A DNA stretch of 64,000 nt from a bacterium (GTDB taxonomy: Bacteria; Krumholzibacteriota; Krumholzibacteriia; LZORAL124-64-63): contig JANOEP010000072.1 in assembly GCA_031441465.1 (NCBI GenBank), positions 1-64,000 on the forward strand, read 5' to 3'. The notes below the pieces were generated by a model. That model was not told the DNA's origin. It was given only the letters and a program-made list of their open reading frames with translations, and did not search any database. The position numbers were made by a program, and so were the translations under genes. Positions within the stretch are counted from its first letter, which is position 1. Each line of letters begins with the position of its first letter. Below are positions 59,328 to 64,000 of this stretch, in pieces.

Positions 59328-60614
59328 CTAGACGCGGCCGCGCAGGCGGCAGGCCTCGGCCACGCGCTGGATGGCGATCATGTACGCCGCGTCGCGCATG
59401 GGCACGTTCTGGGTTTCGGCGAGGTCGGCCACGCCGTGGAAAGCCTTGGTCATGATGGCGTCGAGGCGCTCCAGGACCTCGTCCTTGGGCCAGAAGTAGT
59501 TCATGTTGCACTGGACCTGCTCGAAGTACGAGCACGTCACGCCGCCGGCGTTGCACAGGAAGTCGGGGATCGTGAAGACGCCGTGGGCGAACAGGACCTC
59601 GTCCGCCTCGGGCGTGGTCGGGCCGTTGGCGCCTTCGGCCATGAACTTCACGCGCTTGCCGATCTTCTTGACCGTCGCGGCGTTGACCTGGTTCTCCAGG
59701 GCGCAGGGCAGCAGGATGTCGACGTCCTGCTCGATCCAGGCGTCGCCCGGCAGCACCTCGTAGCCGGCGGCCTTGGCCTTGGCCTTGTCGATGCCGCCGA
59801 AGCGGTCCGCCATGCCCTGCAGCTCGTGCAGGTTGATCCCGGACGTCTTCTTGAAGGTATAGCTGGTCTGGTCGCCCTGGTCCCAGCTCGAGACGCAGAT
59901 CGCGCGGCCGCCCAGCTTCGTGTACAGCTCGACGCCGTACTGGGAGACGTTGCCGAAGCCCTGGAAGGAGGCCGTGGTCTTGGCGATGTCGACGCCCTTG
60001 CGCTTCAGCGCCTCGCGCAGCGTGTAGACGACGCCGTAGCCGGTCGCCTCGGTGCGGCCCTCGCTGCCGCCCATGCCCAGGGGCTTGCCGGTGATCATGC
60101 CGGGGAAGTGGCCGCGGTGGATCTTCTCGTACTCGTCCATCATCCACAGCATGTGCTGGCCGTTGGTCATCACGTCGGGAGCGGGCACATCCTGGACCGG
60201 GCCGATGTAGCCGGAGACCTGCTGGACCCAGCCCCGGCACAGCCCTTCCTGCTCGCGCTGGGAGAGGTGGTGGGGGTCGCAGATCACGCCGCCCTTGCCG
60301 CCGCCCAGCGGAATGTTCACCACGGCGCACTTCCAGGTCATCCAGGTGGCCAGCGCGCGCACCGTGTCGACGGTCTCCTGGGGGTGGAAGCGGATGCCGC
60401 CCTTGCAGGGGCCGCGCGCGTCGTTGTGCTGCACGCGGAAACCGCGGAATATCTTCATGCTCCCGTCATCCATGCGCACCGGGACGTTGAACTGGAACTC
60501 GCGGTCGGGATTGCGCAGCAGATCCCGCGTCGCCTGGTCAAGACCCAGCATCTCGGCCACGCGGTCGAACTGCTGCTGGGCCATCGCGAAAGCGTTGAAC
60601 GACTTGTCGGCCAT
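59328..60614 (-). CDS. gdhA: Glu/Leu/Phe/Val dehydrogenase (glutamate dehydrogenase)
   Basis: KGGIRFHP, MTWKC, GGGKGG, DVPAPD, QGFGNV, EGANGP, NAGGV. Confidence 0.92.
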   Translation of the reverse strand: MADKSFNAFAMAQQQFDRVAEMLGLDQATRDLLRNPDREFQFNVPVRMDDGSMKIFRGFRVQHNDARGPCKGGIRFHPQETVDTVRALATWMTWKCAVVNIPLGGGKGGVICDPHHLSQREQEGLCRGWVQQVSGYIGPVQDVPAPDVMTNGQHMLWMMDEYEKIHRGHFPGMITGKPLGMGGSEGRTEATGYGVVYTLREALKRKGVDIAKTTASFQGFGNVSQYGVELYTKLGGRAICVSSWDQGDQTSYTFKKTSGINLHELQGMADRFGGIDKAKAKAAGYEVLPGDAWIEQDVDILLPCALENQVNAATVKKIGKRVKFMAEGANGPTTPEADEVLFAHGVFTIPDFLCNAGGVTCSYFEQVQCNMNYFWPKDEVLERLDAIMTKAFHGVADLAETQNVPMRDAAYMIAIQRVAEACRLRGRV

Positions 60615-60873
60615 GTCCTCGCTCCTCGATGAGAAACGTCCCGTGTCCGCGTCTGGATCGGGGCAGGTCCCGGTTCCGGACCCCGGGCCGGGATGGCTCG
60701 GGTGCGCGGTGCGGCGCCGGATGATCCGTCGCCGCAGCCCAAATCTAGGCTCCCGGGGCAGGTCGTCCAAAGAAAAACAGGTCCGCGACGCCGTCGCCGT
60801 CGTGAACGGTTCACGGACGGCGCCCCGGATCGGGACTTGCCGTCCCGGGAAATCCTGCGTATCCCTGTGATGC

Positions 60874-60885
60874 TTGTTGCAACAA
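60874..60885. promoter_or_regulatory. Perfect 12-bp palindrome, putative operator
   Basis: TTGTTGCAACAA just upstream of the RBS of the CDGSH-yceI pair. Confidence 0.45.
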
Positions 60886-60905
60886 CCTTTATCGGAGGCA
60901 CCCGC

Positions 60906-61160
60906 ATGGACAAGCCGAAAATCGCCGACACCCGGCCCAAGGTGCTCGATCTGCAGCCCGGCACCTACTACTACTGCGCCTGCGGCGAATCGCAGAGCCA
61001 GCCCTTCTGCGACGGCGCGCACACGGGCACCGCGTTCGCGCCGCTGAAGTTCGAGATCGCCGAGACCACCCGCGCCGCCCTCTGCCAGTGCAAGCGCTCC
61101 CGCGAGGAACCGCACTGCGACGGCAGCCACAAACTGTACACGCAAGGAGAGACGCGATGA
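60906..61160 (+). CDS. Tandem CDGSH iron-sulfur domain protein
   Basis: CACGESQSQPFCDGAH and CQCKRSREEPHCDGSH. Confidence 0.92.
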   Translation: MDKPKIADTRPKVLDLQPGTYYYCACGESQSQPFCDGAHTGTAFAPLKFEIAETTRAALCQCKRSREEPHCDGSHKLYTQGETR

Positions 61161-61747
61161 AGATCCGCAACACGATGTCGGCCTTCCTGGCCGTGAGCCT
61201 GCTGACGGCGGCCGTCGCCGGCGCCGCCACCTACACCATCGACGCCAGCCACTCGTCGGTGGGCTTCAAGGTGCGCCACATGATGGTCAGCAAGGTGACC
61301 GGGTCGTTCGGCGAGTTCGCCGGCACCGTCGACTACGTCGAGGGCCAGCCCGGGCAATGGACCACCACCGCGACGATCAAGACCGCGTCGGTCAACACCA
61401 ACGACGCCAAGCGCGACGGCCACCTCAGCGGCGCCGACTTCTTCGACGCCGAGAAGTACCCCGAGATCACCTTCGCCTCCAAGGGCGTGCGCAAGGAAGG
61501 CGACGGCTGGGTCCTGGCCGGCGACCTGACCATGCACGGCGTGACCAAGCCCGTCGAGCTGGCGCTGGAGTTCAACGGCGCCATGACCGACCCCTGGGGC
61601 AACAACCGCATCGGTTTTTCCGCTGAGGGTGTCCTGGACCGCCGCGACTTCGGGATCAGCTACAACACCGTGCTGGACAAGGGCGGCGTGGCGGCCAGCA
61701 ACGAGGTCGACCTGATGCTGGAGATCGAGGCCATCGCGAACAAGTAG
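61157..61747 (+). CDS. yceI: YceI family polyisoprenoid-binding protein
   Basis: YTIDASHSSVGFKVRH, RDGHL, GDLTMHGVTKPV, RRDFGI. Confidence 0.92.
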   Translation: MKIRNTMSAFLAVSLLTAAVAGAATYTIDASHSSVGFKVRHMMVSKVTGSFGEFAGTVDYVEGQPGQWTTTATIKTASVNTNDAKRDGHLSGADFFDAEKYPEITFASKGVRKEGDGWVLAGDLTMHGVTKPVELALEFNGAMTDPWGNNRIGFSAEGVLDRRDFGISYNTVLDKGGVAASNEVDLMLEIEAIANK

Positions 61748-61775
61748 CGGGTGGACTGACCCAGTCGATACCAAA

Positions 61776-61805
61776 GAAGGGGCGGCCCACCCGGGCCGCC
61801 CCTTC
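61776..61805. terminator. Bidirectional terminator hairpin
   Basis: GAAGGGGCGGCCC-ACCC-GGGCCGCCCCTTC. Confidence 0.7.
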
Positions 61806-61828
61806 GTTCTGTCCTTCGCGGCGTCGGC

Positions 61829-64000
61829 CTAGCGCACCATCATGATGCGGCCGACCTTCGTCTCGCCGCCGGCGCGGGCCCGCACAAAGTACACGCCCGA
61901 AGGCGCCGTGCGACCGCTCGTGTCGCGGCCGTCCCAGGTCAGCAGCACCGTGCCGGCCGCGCTGTCGCCGGCGTGGAGGCTGCGCACGACCTGGCCGCGG
62001 GCGTTGTAGACGTCCACGGTCAGGGCGCCGGCCCGCGGCAGGTTTAACTGGATGCCGGCCCGGTCGCCGGTCACCCCGCCGAGCACCGACAGCCCGAGGC
62101 TGCGCAGCGCGTCCCCGGCGCCGACGATGTACGACTCGTAGAGGAAGCTCCAGGTATCGCCGAGCGGGCCGCGGGCCGTGGGGTCGGCGGCGTAGGCCCG
62201 CCACCAGTAGGTGCCGTCCACGGTGAGGCCCGGGAAGAAGGACGGGGAGGTGAGGCCGTCGGCGCGCGCGGCCAGGTCGGTGCCCAGGGCGTCGCGATAG
62301 ACGCGGAAGCCGTAGGTGACCGGGCCGGGGCCGTCGGGATCGGTCGACGTTGCGGCGACGAGCTCGGTGACCGGTCCCAGGGGGCCGCCGTCGTACGGCG
62401 ACACGAGCGCCGGCGCGGGCGGCGTCTGGTTCTGCGAGCCCAGGCCGGTCACGATCAGGTCGTCGAGGTACCAGCCGTCGAGGGTGACCGAGGAGTCCGT
62501 CTCGAACCGGAAGCGCAGGTAGACGGACTGGCCGGCGTAGGCGCTCAGGTCGACTTCGGCCTGGGTCCAGGCCGTGATCGTGCCGTTGTACGTCGCCACC
62601 GTGGTCCAGGTGGAGTTGTTGGTCGAGACCTGCACGTAAGCGTAGTCGTAGCCCGACTCGAGCGCGTACTTGTGCCAGAACGACAGCTTGGCGCCGGCCG
62701 GCATGGCGATGGGCGTGTTCAGCGAGGCGTAGGTCGCGCTGTTGTCGACGTAGTCGCCGGCGGGCGAGTCGTGCAGCGAGTGCGTGGCCGAGTGGCTGGA
62801 GTTGGTGACCAGGGCCCAGGTGCCCGTCGTCGTCCAGCCGGCGAAGCCGCTCTCGAAGGTGTTGCTGTAGACCGAGACGGGCAGGCCCGCCGGGTAGTTC
62901 AGGGTGAACGAACTGGTCTGGCCGTCGGCGACCACGGTCACGTGCACGGGCACGCTGTGGGCCGGCGGGACTCCGGCGTCCAGGGTCACGGAGAAGGGCG
63001 TCGCCGTCAGCGACAGCGAGGAGCGGGCGCCGATCGCGCCCACGGTGCGCTGGGCCTCGTGCAGCTGGAGGTAGGGGTCGTCGCTGGACAGCGTCACCGA
63101 GACCGAGGAGGCGCCCACGGTCACGCCCAGGTTCTCGAGCGTGAAGGCGAGGCCGGCCGTCTCGCCGGGATCCAGGATGGCGTCGCCGTCGCCGCCGACG
63201 ACCGCCGGGGTCCTGGCCTGGACGTAGAGTCCGGCCGCCTTGACCTGGTAGAGCGAGGGGAAGAGGTTCTCGGCGAAGAGCGCCGGGATGCGCGACTCGT
63301 CGGGCCAGAACCCGTCACCGCTGCCGCCGATCTCGTTGGAGAAGGCGAGGCACTCGGGGTGCTCGCTGGTGGCGCCGTAGACCCAGTCGAAGGAGCCGCC
63401 GTTGACCGCGTAGAGCAGGTCGGGCGCCTGGCCGGGTTCGTAGGCGTTGTACTGGCACATGATCGCGGCCATGTGCTGGAAGACCGCCTCGTCGGGCGAG
63501 TTGGTGGACGTGTAGCCCCACGGGTACAGCGTCAGGTTGCTGTAGGTGTGGAAGCTCTGCGAGGTGATGAAGTTGTGCGAGTTGACGAGGGCCATGATCG
63601 CCTGGACCTCGCGCTCGCTGCCGGCCGAGGGGCCGCGGTAGGTGTCGTCGCTGGGGATCGTGCTGCTGCCGCCGCCGACCCACTGGTACGGGTAGTTGCG
63701 GTTGGGGTCGACGCCGTACGAGCCGTCGCCGTTGGCGCGCCGGTTCTTGCGCCACATGCCGCCGCCGGTCGGGTTGGTCGACTCGTTGTAGAGGAACCCG
63801 TCCGGGTTCACGATCGGCACGATGTAGATCTCGCGGTTGTCGAGCAGCCAGGTGATCTCGGGATCGACGCCGTAATGCGAGCCGAAGTACTCCACGAGCA
63901 TCGAGGCGGTTTCCGAGGACATGATCTCGCGGGCGTGGTGCATGGCGTCGAACAGGATCTCGGGCTCGCCCGCCTCGTTGACCTCGGGATTGTCGGAGAC
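61829..64000 (-). CDS. M14 carboxypeptidase T-like protein with C-terminal FlgD Ig-like domain (5' truncated by window)
   Basis: HHARE, NPDG, WRKNRR, GVDPNRNY, HTYS, E270-like NEIG; C-terminal VYNARGQVVRSL..WDGRD..SGVYF. Confidence 0.9.
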   Translation of the reverse strand, partial: VSDNPEVNEAGEPEILFDAMHHAREIMSSETASMLVEYFGSHYGVDPEITWLLDNREIYIVPIVNPDGFLYNESTNPTGGGMWRKNRRANGDGSYGVDPNRNYPYQWVGGGSSTIPSDDTYRGPSAGSEREVQAIMALVNSHNFITSQSFHTYSNLTLYPWGYTSTNSPDEAVFQHMAAIMCQYNAYEPGQAPDLLYAVNGGSFDWVYGATSEHPECLAFSNEIGGSGDGFWPDESRIPALFAENLFPSLYQVKAAGLYVQARTPAVVGGDGDAILDPGETAGLAFTLENLGVTVGASSVSVTLSSDDPYLQLHEAQRTVGAIGARSSLSLTATPFSVTLDAGVPPAHSVPVHVTVVADGQTSSFTLNYPAGLPVSVYSNTFESGFAGWTTTGTWALVTNSSHSATHSLHDSPAGDYVDNSATYASLNTPIAMPAGAKLSFWHKYALESGYDYAYVQVSTNNSTWTTVATYNGTITAWTQAEVDLSAYAGQSVYLRFRFETDSSVTLDGWYLDDLIVTGLGSQNQTPPAPALVSPYDGGPLGPVTELVAATSTDPDGPGPVTYGFRVYRDALGTDLAARADGLTSPSFFPGLTVDGTYWWRAYAADPTARGPLGDTWSFLYESYIVGAGDALRSLGLSVLGGVTGDRAGIQLNLPRAGALTVDVYNARGQVVRSLHAGDSAAGTVLLTWDGRDTSGRTAPSGVYFVRARAGGETKVGRIMMVR

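Overview
Very GC-rich bacterial chromosomal window. A PorV-like gene, FlgD/T9SS-type C-terminal domains and a 'SFGTVKALYR' C-terminus suggest a non-Bacteroidota FCB-group lineage such as Latescibacterota/Krumholzibacteriota (inference). Core content: a TroR-regulated TroABCD metal ABC operon, a TetR-TolC-HlyD-ABC exporter, pabB, MBOAT and SGNH genes, motAB behind a sigma-28 promoter, many peptidases, gdhA and tpiA. There is also an operon of a secreted protein, lipoproteins, a TonB-dependent receptor and PorV that runs into nucleoside salvage genes. Accessory DNA: (i) an IS1-like transposase at the left edge, missed by the ORF track; (ii) a ~145-bp cruciform/MITE-like element at 12.2 kb; (iii) an integrase-less integron cassette array at 19.2-22.6 kb with an attI-like site, progressively decaying attC sites and a PD-(D/E)XK nuclease cassette; (iv) an AAA_14/DUF4143 ATPase gene with substituted catalytic residues, bracketed by inverted copies of a 31-bp palindrome, with a third copy 3.9 kb upstream. 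No rRNA, complete tRNA or CRISPR array was seen. All family calls come from motif recognition by eye, not database searches.
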